Of a stretch of 64,000 bases of DNA, positions 38,310 through 49,729 are shown piece by piece. Source of the stretch: Macrostomum lignano. Its lineage: Eukaryota. A program made the position numbers and the translations under genes. The notes below the pieces were generated by a model. That model worked only from the letters and a program-made list of their open reading frames with translations, did not search any database and was not told the DNA's origin. The DNA is taken from positions 1 through 64,000 of the forward strand of contig NIVC01001046.1 of assembly GCA_002269645.1 (NCBI GenBank). Direction: 5' to 3'. Numbering within the stretch: the first letter of the stretch is position 1; each line of letters starts with the position of its first letter.

Positions 38310-39799
38310 TCATTCGTTGTCCCCAGCGGGCCCGGCGCCGCCGCCATCCCCCGCAGGCAGCCCGGCCCACCTGTCGCAGGCCCGCTCGACCCGCTCAGTC
38401 GCCAGTTCGTCGACGACGCGCAAAGCTGGTGCGTCGGCCGCTAGCGGCGTCTTCAAAGCGACGTACTGGGCCAGCAGGGCGCGCATGGTCTCGAGGCGCT
38501 CCTCGCCCAGCAGACAGCGCAGCGGCTCGCGGTCCCCGGCGAGTCGCCTGCGAGCCTCCTCGGCGGCCGAGCAGAGCGGAGGCGGGGCGCTGGGGTAGCA
38601 GGGCAGCGGCTGGGCGCACAGCTGGAAGGCGCCGCGCAGTTGCAGGTAGCGCAGACAGTAAAGAGCGTCGCAGTGGCCCTCCTGGCAGAGCTGCTGGCGC
38701 AGTTCGGACAGGCGCTGCCACTGGGAGAGGCTCAGGCGGATTAGCGTGTTCACCTGTGTAAATTAAGTCATTAATCCAAATTCCCTTAATATTATTAAGT
38801 AAATAATAGTAGTTGATATTAAAATACCAGGTTTTGATTTGTTGAACTTAGATACTCAAATTATAGAATTCTAAATACAATTCCCAAGTCCCCAATCTAC
38901 ATCCTTAACCTGGATCTAAATTCAGATCCTCATGAAATTACATTGAGGATCTGGGAGTCTGATTGAGGATCTGGGATTTTGATTGGGGATCTGGGATTTT
39001 GATTGGGGATCTGAGATTTTGATTGGGGATGAGATTTTGATTGGGGATCTGGGATTTTGATTGGGGATCTGGGATTTTGATTGGGGATCTGAGATTTTGA
39101 TTGGGGATCTGGGATTTTGATTGGGGATCTGGGATTTTGATTGGGGATCTGAGATTTTGATTGGGGATCTGGGATTTTGATTGGGGATCTGAGATTTTGA
39201 TTGGGGATCTGGGATTTTGATTGGGGATCAGGCATTTTGATTGGATATCTGTGATTTGAGACCCCAAGAGAGAATCCTACGCACTAAAATATCAGTGAAA
39301 ACATTATAAAGAGTCGTCATCTTGCCGGAGAACTCACCATTGGCGCCAGCTGTACATAGTAGGCGTACATCAGATACAGGGCACCAATTCGCAGCAGTGT
39401 AGAGTAGGGCGGCTGGCTATACAGAGCCAGGAGATGGAACAGGCATTGGGAAAAGTCCAGCAGCTCCTCCACGCTGCCGCGGCCTCGGCACAGTTCGGCC
39501 ATGCCTCGTTGGGTAAACAGGGCGCCGAAAGCGGCGAATCTGGCCACGCCGGCCTCCGAGAAGGCGCGCAAAAAGCTGTCAATGTCTTCTTGAAGACCGG
39601 CAGCGGGATGTTGCTGTTGCTGCTCCTGCTGCAAAGATTGATCCACCCGCTCTCTCACCGCCTGTTTATCCGTGGCATGACGGCGCATTCGGCTAGCGGC
39701 CGTAATCAAGTCGTCCTCGTCGATAGAAGAGTCTGTGGAGGCGGCTGCATAGTCGGGATCGCTGCTTCCGCCAGTCGGGTCTGCGTCTGCTGATGCCAT
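38310..39799 (-). CDS. SNAPC1: snRNA-activating protein complex subunit 1 (SNAP43); exons 39799-39338 and 38753-38310 (3' end uncertain)
   Basis: PAAGLQEDIDSFLRAF..VARFAAFGALF, YSQPPYSTLLRIGALYLMYAYY and exon 2 IRLSLSQWQRL...HCDALYCLRYLQLRGAFQLCAQP align with the human SNAPC1 N-terminal domain. Phase-0 intron ATG|GTGAGT...ACAG|GTG. Exon 2 may instead end at the donor AG|GTGGGC at 38371. Confidence 0.88.
38945..39250. repeat. About 20-bp minisatellite (GGGATTTTGATTGGGGATCT) in SNAPC1 intron 1
   Basis: Tandem units. Confidence 0.93.
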
Positions 39800-39881
39800 C
39801 GCCAGAGCAGAGCCAAACTGGAAGGCGTATCAATACTGACTTTACATGCTGGCGTATGGACAGCGTGCGTGTTGTTTGCGG

Positions 39882-40910
39882 ACACATCCTGGAGGCTGGG
39901 GACATCATAAAGGACACATCCTGGAGGCTGGAGACATAATGAAGGACACATCCTGGAGGCTGGAGACATCATGGAGAACACATCCTGGAGGCTGGAGACA
40001 TCATAAAGGACACATCCTGGAGGCTGGAGACATAACGAAGGACACATCCTGGACCTGGTGGTTGGGGACATTATAAAGGACACATCCAGGAGGCTGGAGA
40101 CATCATAAAGGACACATCCTGGAGGCTGGGACATCATGGAGAACACTTCCTGGAAGCTGGAGACATCATAAAGGGACATCATGGAGAACACTTCCTGGAA
40201 GCTGGAGACATCATAAAGGACACATCCTGGAGGCTGGGACATCATGGAGAACACATCCTGGAGGCTAGGGACATCATAAAGGACACATCCTGGAGGCTGG
40301 GGACATCATGAAGGACACATCCTGGAGGCTGGGACATCATAAAGGACACACTATGAAGGCTGGAGGACATCATGAAGGACACACTATGAAGTCTAGAGGA
40401 CATCATGGAGGACATACTATGAAGGCTGAAGGACAACCTGAAGGACACACTATGAAGGCTAGATGGCATCATGAAGGACACACTATGGAGGCTAGAGGAC
40501 ATCACAAAGGACACATTCTAGAGACTAAAAGACATCATGAAGGACACACTATGAAGGCTAGATGGCGTCATGAAGGACACATTAATAAGGCTAGATGACA
40601 TCATGAAGGACACACTATGGAGGCTAGAGGACATCACAAAGGACACATTCTAGAGACTAAAAGACATCATGAAGGAGAAGGACACACTATAAAGGCTAGA
40701 GGACATCATGAAGGACACACTATGAAGGCTAGAGGACAACATGAAGGACACACTATGGAGGCTAGAGGACATCACAAAGGACACATTCTAGAGACTAAAA
40801 GACATCATGAAGGAGAAGGACACACTATGGAGGCTAGAGGACATCACAAAGGACACATTCTGGAAACTAAAAGACATCATGAAGGATACACTCCAGGGGC
40901 TGAAAGACAT
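39882..40910. repeat. Two adjacent ~30-bp minisatellites (GGACACATCCTGGAGGCTGGAGACATCATAAA; GAAGGACACACTATGGAGGCTAGAGGACATCAT)
   Basis: Tandem related units upstream of SNAPC1. Confidence 0.9.
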
Positions 40911-42453
40911 GAAGAACAGTCATTTATTGTTTTAGCTATCTATTATTATAAGTTATCTAGGGCTAAATTGTCTCTTTTAATAAAACTATTATTGCTATAT
41001 TTTAATGACTTCCCAATTCCCATATATTATTAGTTTATAACTATAAGCTAGTTTGTTTTGAACTTTGAATTGGTTCATTCTGCTAAGTAGTCTAACTTTT
41101 TTATTGATTTATTGATCTCTACCCTAACTTTAGCCCTAGTACAGTTTTTGAAATTATATAAGCTAATCTCTCTATTTGACTTTAAAAATATATACTTGGT
41201 CTATTTATAAATTGGTATTATTTTATTTTATTTGTAAAAATTTGACCAAATATAATTAATATAATAGACAATTGAAAATGAAAGTTTAAGCAATTTTTTA
41301 TATAATATTGATTAAAAATGATTATGGAAAACTTATAAATTTTATGCTATACATTGATTTTTTATTCCTAAACCTTAAATGAAAAAAGCCATAACAAGCT
41401 TATAAAATATAGTTATCATAAAACAATAAATAAAAATTACAAATTTTTCATTTGACTTTGACCTATTAGTATTCATTATCTAATGCAAATATATCTTATA
41501 ACAATACCATAGGGCTTATAGGCCTACTTATAGTCAAACATTAAAAATGCATATAATATAATTTTTGAGCTTATTTGATAGAAACCAAATGAATTACAAT
41601 TGCTCTTATCTTTAAAATTAGTCAATGATAACAAATAGGCCTAAACTGATATAAAAATATTATACATGAGTCAATTAAAATATAAAAGAATAACCTTTGT
41701 TCTAAAACCATTAAATATATTTTATATTGCACTGCATACTTATTTTAACCAATATCAATACTTTATAAGAACTAAGGGCTTTGTATAAGTCCAGTCAAAA
41801 GGCCAAATATTGGCTTAATATCTTAAGCATTAAATATTGAAACTTGGAATGATCTCACACTTTCATTCAATAAAATAGTTTGACTTCAAATTTATGCTTA
41901 CAAAACAATTCTACAATTTTCTATAGTAAAACAAACATTGACAAATTTATATTCAGTTTAAAAGCATAGGGCTAATGTGACAAGGCCCTAAGGCCAATAT
42001 CAATATGATATGGTCTATGATCTAGTGATTCTAGTCTATGAAAATATGGCAAAGGTGGCTTTGATATGATATTAGTCTGTGATCTAAACCAAAGCACCTT
42101 GGCCCACATAAAATAAAAGTTTTGTAACATGCATGGCATGAATAACATTCTATTCAATGCATATATAAAGAGTTTTTGTAGCATCACTTTTTCTACTGGA
42201 TAGACCTAGGCCTAGGCCTAGCCGCCTAGCACACTACTATCCACATTTATTCTTTTTTGACTTTGAATGAAAAGTACTGAACTCTATTTGGCTATCCTAC
42301 ACTTTCAGATTAGTTTAGTTTTTAGTTTATAGCTCCTACTAGGTATATAAACATATGTGCAACCCCCCCCCCCATTTACACCAGCTGTGCGAGTGTGCGA
42401 CTTGCTTTTTGACCAAAAATGCAACTTACCTATGAAAGTAATGTCTTCTCTTT

Positions 42454-42713
42454 GGGCCTTTTCATATTGCTTGCTCTGGTTCCAGAACCAGAACCAATTT
42501 GTGAAGTATAACTTTTTGTCTCCATAACTAGAGGGAGATACGTGCTATAAAGTTTTTATTATTGAATGACAATCGCCAAGAAGAAAGTGAAAAATTGTGC
42601 TAAGTTAGGTTGTTAAGGCAGTCAAATATTAACAGAGTTTAATAGTTATACTGCGCTTTTTCTTGGAATTCCGAACCGATTCTGGTTCTGGAATTGGTAA
42701 TATGAAAAGGCCC
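42454..42713. mobile_element. PIF/Harbinger-type MITE, 260 bp
   Basis: Perfect 15-bp TIR GGGCCTTTTCATATT / AATATGAAAAGGCCC with 3-bp flanking TTT on both sides. Confidence 0.8.
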
Positions 42714-43179
42714 TTTGAGTCCCAAAATCTTCCAAGAAACATATAAAAAGTTATTAAACCTATTAAATGTTTATTTATGTCTTATTTTTTTACGCGAATC
42801 ATGGATCTCTAAGTGTATTAAACTTTGCAAAACATTTATCATAATTTCAATGTTATATTTGTTTTACCGACTCATTTCACTAAATGCGGAGGCTCCAGTT
42901 ACAAACTTCGGTCCTCTGTTAACTCGGTCTGCTCTTTGAATGCTCTTTTCGTGCTCATGTAAATCCGATTTGGTCATGTGGGCTATGGTTTTGGAGTGTT
43001 ACGTATGTATCATGAGCAGATTATGGAGTGTATCACCACGAATTGTAGCGAGTATCCTGAGCTGATTACAGGCCGGGTTTATCAGGGGAGGGTGTATCAG
43101 GAAGTGAACTGTGAGGATCTCTTTTTTGAAGTCTAAATATACGGCTTAATATATAACCGTTAAAATTGTTTCCCACTTT

Positions 43180-43570
43180 CTTCACAGCCCGAAGGTAGCT
43201 GCTGGCGAGGAACCGCTTTCCATTTGTGAAGCACATCCTGCAGCTAGAGAATAATCATGGTACCTGGGGCAGTACATGTACCTACGGCAGCAGGCTGAGG
43301 CCAACAGCAGAACGAGCTCGAGATCCAATTATAGCAGCAGCTTGAAACTCGATCAACACATCAGCTCTGCACTCTCAACTCAACACCTCAGCTCTGCACT
43401 CTTAACACCTCAGCTCTACGCTCTCAATACCTCAGCAGCTCTGCACTCTCCGTTGTAATGCATAATTAAAAGTCTCGTATGGAACGCTTAATTTTGTTTC
43501 AAGCACTTAACAATTTTGCTTTAAAATTTCATCAAGTGAAAATCAATGGAAAATAATATATTCAATAGGC
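43180..43570 (+). pseudogene. nanos: Decayed nanos copy: exon-2 acceptor, N-terminal part and 3' UTR, zinc finger deleted
   Basis: TTCACAG|CCCGAAGGTAGCTGCTGGCGAGGAACCGCTTTCCATTTGTGAAGCACATCCTGCAGCT matches 57918-57980 with a frameshift. It then joins CAGCTCTGCACTCTC/TTAACACCTCAG and CTTAATTTTGTTT...GCTTTAAAATT...AATATATTCAATA, matching the nanos 3' UTR 58436-58632. Confidence 0.85.
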
Positions 43571-43999
43571 GGGTTCTGCAATTACGAATGATCGGAGCGA
43601 AGAAGGCGGAAAGGAACGGAGTCTCAATCTCATCCACCTCTCCAGTCTCATCCCATCAGTCTCACTTTTTAATGTGACAGAAGGCCCGCCAGACTTACAG
43701 ACGCCGCACAGGGACGCAACCCGTTCGTGGAGTGAACTCAGATCCTCCCCGAGATTCCCCACCGCAGCTCTCGAGGCCTCAGCCAATGGCGGCAGCGCTG
43801 CGGCAAAACTCAAAGCGCTCAGTAGCGAGTTGCGGGGCCATAAATCACAGGTGGGCAGCCGCTTTGACAAACAGCAGCTCACATCCCGCACGAGCTGCGT
43901 GTGTGGACTCTCAGCTTTCTTTTCCTCATTTTTAGCAACTTGTCTACCAGTTCAGTCTCAGTTACAACAGGTTTCAGACATGCAGAGCAGCTTGTCACA

Positions 44000-44725
44000 C
44001 AGATTGGCAGAGGGGGTGGGGGATCAGCAGGGGGTCAGATTAGCAGAGGGTTGCGGATTGGCAGAGGGTGAGAAGGGGTGGATTGGCAGAGGAGGCGGAT
44101 TGGCAGAAGGAGCGGATTGGCAGAAGGGCAGATTGGCATTAGCAGGGGGGGGCGGATTGGCAGAGGGTTGCGGATTGGCAGAGGGTGAGAAGGGGCGGTT
44201 TGGCATAGGGGGCGGATTGGCAGAGGAGGCGGATTGGCAGAGGGGGCGGATTGGCAGAGGAGGTGGCGGATTGGCAGAGGGAGCGGATTGGCAGAGGGGG
44301 CGGATTGGCAGAAGGGCAGATTGGCATTAGCAGGGGGGGGGGCGGATTGGCAGAGGGTTGCGGATTGGCAGAGGGTGAGAAGGGGCGGTTTGGCATAGGG
44401 GGCGGATTGGCAGAGGAGGCGGATTGGCAGAGGGGGCGGATTGGCAGAGGGGTCAGATTGGCAGAGGGGGCGGATTGGCAGAGGAGGCGGATTGGCAGAG
44501 AGGCGGATTGGCAGAGGGGGCGGCGGATTGGCAGAGGGGCAGATTGGCATTAGCAGGGGGGGGGGCGTATTGGCAGAGGGGGCGAATTGGCAGAGGAGGA
44601 GGATTGGCAGAGGGGCGGATTGGCAGAGGGGCAGATTATCAAAATCGGTGGCAGCAAACGAAAGTTCTGCCAATCCGCCCCCTCTGCCAATCCGCCCCTT
44701 CATCCAATCCACCCCCTCTGCCAAT
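44000..44725. repeat. G-rich ~17-bp minisatellite (GGCGGATTGGCAGAGGG); the last units are inverted
   Basis: Tandem units; CTGCCAATCCGCCCC at 44668-44728 is the reverse complement. Confidence 0.9.
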
Positions 44726-45111
44726 CCGCCGCTCTCATATTGACCTTACCTCTGATGTGAGAAACTGAGAAATGCAGAGGAAAATAAATCATTTCACTGT
44801 CAGATCTTCGGGTGTCGCGAAGCAAGTTGAAGCAAGGCTTAGAATTGGACAGGACCACCCATGGCGAGGGACAATGGGAATGACAGCTTTTGGCTCCGCT
44901 TCTGCATTCTTCCACTCTGACTTCCCTCTCACTCACCTTCAAATGAAACAGTAAAGCTCAGACAAGGACTTCTAGAGCTAGCGCCATGCTATTTTGCACC
45001 TGAGCTATTTTTAGGAGTCCCCGGCTCAGATCATGGAGTCCCACCTGGTGTTAACAACGCCGGCGATCTTCACTTAAAAATGTAAAGAAACCGAAAAGCC
45101 TATTCTGGCTC

Positions 45112-45950
45112 TCCCTCTACCTCTCCCTCTCCCTCTCTCTTCCTCTCATTCTCCCTCTCCCTCTCCCTCTCCTTCTCCCTCTCCATCTCCCTCTTCCTCT
45201 CCCTCCCTTCTCTCTCTCCCTCTTCTCCCTCTCCCTCTCCCTCTCCTTCTCCCTCTCCATCTCCCTCTTCCTCTCCCTCCCTTCTCTCTCTCCCTCTTCT
45301 CCCTCTCCCTCTCTCTTCCTCTCCCTCTCCCTCTCTTCACCCTCTCCCTCTCTCTTCCTCTCCTTTTCCCCCTCCCTCTTCATCTCCCTCTTCCTCTCCC
45401 TCCCTTCTCTCTCTCCCTCTTCTCCCTCTCCCTCTCCCTCTCCTTCTCCCTCTCCATCTCCCTCTTCCTCTCCCTCCCTTCTCTCTCTCCCTCTTCTCCC
45501 TCTCCCTCTCTCTTCCTCTCCCTCTCCCTCTCTTCACCCTCTCCCTCTCTCTTCCTCTCCTTTTCCCCCTCCCTCTTCATCTCCCTCTTCCTCTCCCTCT
45601 CCCTCTCCCTCTCCCTCTCTCTCCCTCTTCCTCTCTCTTCCTCTCCCTCTCCCTCTCTTCACCCTCTCCCTCTCTCTTCCTCTCCTTCTCCCTCTCCCTC
45701 TCCCTCTCCTTCTCCCTCTCCATCTCCCTCTTCCTCTCCCTCCCTTCTCTCTCTCCCTCTTCTCCCTCTCCCTCTCTCTTCCTCTCCTTTTCCCCCTCCC
45801 TCTTCATCTCCCTCTTCCTCTCCTTCTCCCTCTCCCTCTCTCTCCCTCTTCCTCTCCTTCTCCCTCACCCCCTCTCTCTCCCTCTTCCTCTCCCTCTCCC
45901 TCTCTTCTTCCTCTCCCTCTCCCTCTCTTCACCCTCTCCCTCTCCCTCCC
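45112..45950. repeat. CT-rich low-complexity array
   Basis: Seen directly. Confidence 0.93.
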
Positions 45951-46811
45951 CATGCAACACAAAACCTCGAACTTTCACTTCTCTCCCTCAGCTGCCCTCA
46001 CCCAATTCAAATCTCACTGCTCCTCAGGCCGGCATGGCAACTCCCAGATCGCTCGAGTCGCTCCAGCAGCCGCAGACACCTGGGCTGGCCGAGAGGCGAC
46101 CGCGAATTCCCGCTTGGAAACCGCTTGGCAACGGAGAGCCGTCTCCAGCTGCAGCCAGCCTGCGGCCTCTCAACCCCGCTACCCTCAACCTTTAAGTCCA
46201 CCTGGAAGTCGAGCCTTCAAACCGGTTCGAAAACCCAGAGCTGCCCTTAGCAACCGCCGCAGACCCACCTGTGGAGTCTCAACTCGACTGATTCTAAAAC
46301 TGAGCCGGCAGTGCAGGCGTCCTTGAACCTCACGCAAGGAGCAAGGACCCGAATAACTCTTGGTCTGTCCTTGCGGACCCTCAGCCACTGAGGCCCATCC
46401 CTCTGTGTAATATCCCAAGCTTTATTTAGCGTTAATTTCAGTCTTAAAACAAGCGCTGCATCTTTTTAATGAATTCAACAAAATTTAGCAAAGATAATTG
46501 CATAGAAAATATTTACTAAGGCTTTGTACAAAGCAGCATATTGAGTTTATTTTATCCTACTTATATTAACTGAATGTAATTACAAGTGGGCAAAAATTAC
46601 TGGTTGTTATACTTTTAAAGTCATGCAGCTGAGCAAGAAAGTTGCGGTTATTTGCTTTGAAAATTACAAGCAGACAACTACAGAATCGTGTAACTCATGC
46701 AAAATCGAAGATGTAAGAAGCGATTCGGAAACAGTTTGGCCTTAAATGTGCAATCGAAATATTTTATGCGATGCGCCGATGGGAAATCAATTCAGAAGAG
46801 AGGCAAAAGCA

Positions 46812-47040
46812 AAGGGGTCAAGGGAGTCATTAGGGTCAAGGGGAGTCAGTGGAGTCAAAGGGAGTCAGTGGGGTCAAGGGGAGTCAGTGGGGTCAAAGGG
46901 AGTCAGTGGGGTCAAGGGGAGTCAGTGGGGTCAAGGAGAGTCAGTGGGGTCAAGGGGAGTCAGTGGGGTCAAGGGAGTCAGTGGGGTCAAGGGGATTCAG
47001 TGGGGTCAAGGGGAGTTAGTGGGGTCAAGGAGGGTTAGTG
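46812..47040. repeat. 18-19-bp repeat (GGGGTCAAGGGAGTCAGT)
   Basis: Tandem units. Confidence 0.9.
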
Positions 47041-47212
47041 GAATAAAGGTCAGCGATGCAATTGAGGATTACAAGTACTTGGTACATTTTTTGTAAACAA
47101 AAATGAGCGCATCCGACGTCCTTAGTTCGATTCGCGTGCTATGTAACAATAAGGCAACAGTAATAGTAACTTTTTCAACTCAAATCCCAATTTTTTAGAG
47201 GCCTTCTCTAGG

Positions 47213-47362
47213 GGTGTCCTGGGGTGCCGCTGTCTTGGGTGTCCTGGGGTGCCGCTGTCTTGGGGTGTCCTGGGGTGCCGCTATCTTGGGTGTCCTGGGG
47301 TGCCGCTGTCTTGGGTGTCCTGGGGTGCCGCTGTCTTGGGTGTCCTGGGGTGCCGCTGTCTC
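47213..47362. repeat. About 25-bp repeat (GTCCTGGGGTGCCGCTGTCTTGGGT) in the 3' UTR region of tandem-CCCH gene 1
   Basis: About 6 tandem units starting 20 bp past the stop codon. Confidence 0.88.
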
Positions 47363-47380
47363 TTCGGGTGTCTTCCATGT

Positions 47381-49266
47381 TCAGTGCAGAAAGGCGCATC
47401 GGCGGCCGAACCTGCAGTGCCCCGAGCTGAAGGCCAGGCAAGGCACGGTGCGGTACAGTGGGTGTCGAACCACCGACCTCAGCTCGGATTTTCCGTGGGC
47501 GAACCGGCACTTCGGACCGTAAGGACAGCTGCCGCTCTCCTGCGATGGCGATTTCGGTGGGCCATGAGTATGACCGGGCTGAGGCTATCTATGACCCATG
47601 CCTGGCCTATGATGCCCATGACCTATAATATCATGACCTATGCCTGGCCTATGATGCCCATGACCTAATATCTATGACCTATACCTGGCCTATGATGCCC
47701 ATGACCTATAATATCATGACCTATGCCTCGCCTATGATGCCCATGACCTAATATCTAAGATCTATACCTGGCCTATGATGCCCATGACCTAATATCTATG
47801 ACCTATACCTGGCCTATGATGTCCATGACCTAAAATCTATGACCTATACCTGGCCTATGATGTCCATGACCTATAATATCATGACCTATGCCTGGCCTAT
47901 GATGCCCATGACCTAATATCTATGACCTATACCTGGCCTATGATGCCCATGACCTATAATATCATGACCTATGCCTGGCCTATGATGCCCATGACCTAAT
48001 ATCTAAGATCTATACCTGGCCTATGATGCCCATGACCTAATATCTATGACCTATACCTGGCCTATGATGCCCATGACCTATATTTGGCATTTGATGCCCA
48101 TGACCTATAATATCGTGACCTATACTACCAATTACTTATAATACTTATGACCTATACTTTCTATGACTACTAGCCTCTCCGACGACCAATCCATATGACC
48201 ACTGTATTCCAACCCATTTATATGACCATCAATCCATATGAGCATCAATCTCGATGAGCAGCCACTTCTATGACCATAAATCTCAATAACCAGAAGCCAC
48301 TATGACGATCAATATCTATGTCCATCACACCATACGACCACGAATTTTTATGACAATCCTGTGACCATCAGCCTCCATGACCATCAATCCATGACTACGA
48401 ATCGTTATGACCCATTAGTCTGTGGCTCTCAGACCCTATGACCATTAAACCCTATGCTTTACCAATGCATTTCTATAAGCCAAGATGCAGTCTACTTCGC
48501 ACTCACAGAGTAGTTCAGGCAGAGCTCTGTTTTGTACTTCTCAGTGTCCAAGTCTCTTCTCCTTGAGCCCTCCTGTTCCTCCAGCAGCAGGTCGCTGACC
48601 AGCCGGTCGATGAGGCAGAAAGTGTCTTCGTCCGTGATGACACTGGCTTGCTCTGAAATATGAAATTTGGATGATGATTGTTTGGGATTATTGGCTGAGT
48701 TCTAATGTGTTGGGTATGTTGTAAACATGTGTTGTGACTCCAGACTTGATGTGTGCTGAATGTGTGCTGAATGTGTACTGAATGTGTACTGAATGTGTGC
48801 TGAATCTGTACTGAATGTGTGCTGAATGTGTACTGAATGTGTGCTGAATGTGTACTGAATGTGTGCTGAATGTGTACTGAATGTGTGCTGAATGTGTGCT
48901 GAATCTGTACTGAATGTGTGCTGAATGTGTACTGAATGTGTGCTGAATGTGTGCTGAATGTGTTCTGAATGTGTGCTGAATGTGTACTGAATGTGTACTG
49001 AATGTGTGCTGAATGTGTGCTGAATGTGTTCTGAATGTGTTCTGAATGTGTGCTGAATGTGTACTGAATGTGTTCTGAATGTGTGCTGAATGTGTACTAA
49101 ATGTGTGCTGAATGTGTACTGAATCTGTAATAAATGGGTGCTAAATGTGCAATAAATTCAATGAGCTGTCAATCAAAAATCCAGGTGCAGCAGAAATTTG
49201 CTTACCTTCGCTCAGTCGCAGCTCTCCATAGGCGGTCAATCCGGAACTGGAACTGCAGCTGCTCAT
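47381..49266 (-). CDS. TIS11/ZFP36-type tandem CCCH zinc-finger RNA-binding protein 1; exons 49266-49206, 48652-48507, 47539-47381; 121 aa
   Basis: [21 protein letters not shown]|GTAAG (phase 1); TTTCAG|[50 protein letters not shown]|GTGAGT (phase 0); CGCAG|[58 protein letters not shown] lead-in, C-x8-C-x5-C-x3-H, 18-aa linker, second finger C-x7-C-x5-C-x3-H. Not in the ORF track. Confidence 0.92.
47590..48125. repeat. About 41-42-bp minisatellite (CATGACCTATACCTGGCCTATGATGCCCATGACCTATAATAT) in intron 2 of CCCH gene 1
   Basis: Tandem units. Confidence 0.9.
48755..49125. repeat. 11-bp repeat (TGTGTGCTGAA/TGTGTACTGAA) in intron 1 of CCCH gene 1
   Basis: Tandem units. Confidence 0.93.
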
Positions 49267-49729
49267 GGCTGGCTATCAAAATTGCTGAGCTGTGGTGAAA
49301 AGTTGAGTAGTGAGTTCGGATGATTTTCAGTTTCAAGCCGCACAGATCCTCAGGCCGCTTTTATCGCCTTTGAAGGGAGGGGGCGCCTCCTGAGCCAATG
49401 GGGGAAGCAAGGAGAACCTCCGGGCCCCTTGAACCAATCCCTCACCTTAGCGAATGGGAATCGCCCAGTTTCGAGCAAGCTTTGGGGTGAATAAATCTTG
49501 TATAGAAACTGGTGGCTGAGTGAAAATCAATGCTTAACTTTCTGGAGATAAGAGAATCCCGGTCTGATGACCCCCTCCCATTATGAAAGGCAAATCGCAA
49601 TCGCAAAAAGGCAGCAGAAAGCAAAATTAAGGAAATTACACGATAACACCATGAATCAAATGAAAACGAAGCTATGAAACTATTTCCTCAAATGGATTTG
49701 GGGAATTCACTCTGACACACTTCATGTCA

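Larger units (their letters stand above)
43730..46230 (+). repeat. Segmental duplication block, copy 1 (unique segments A 43730-43900, B 44790-45110, C 45960-46230)
   Basis: Each segment aligns in order and orientation with 54340-54530, 55150-55490 and 56780-57000. Confidence 0.88.

Noticed and set aside
40950-42230. Very AT-rich tract (also 1-950) as a horizontally acquired or viral insert
   Set aside because: No ORF with recognisable motifs; compatible with ordinary intergenic DNA or an old repeat.
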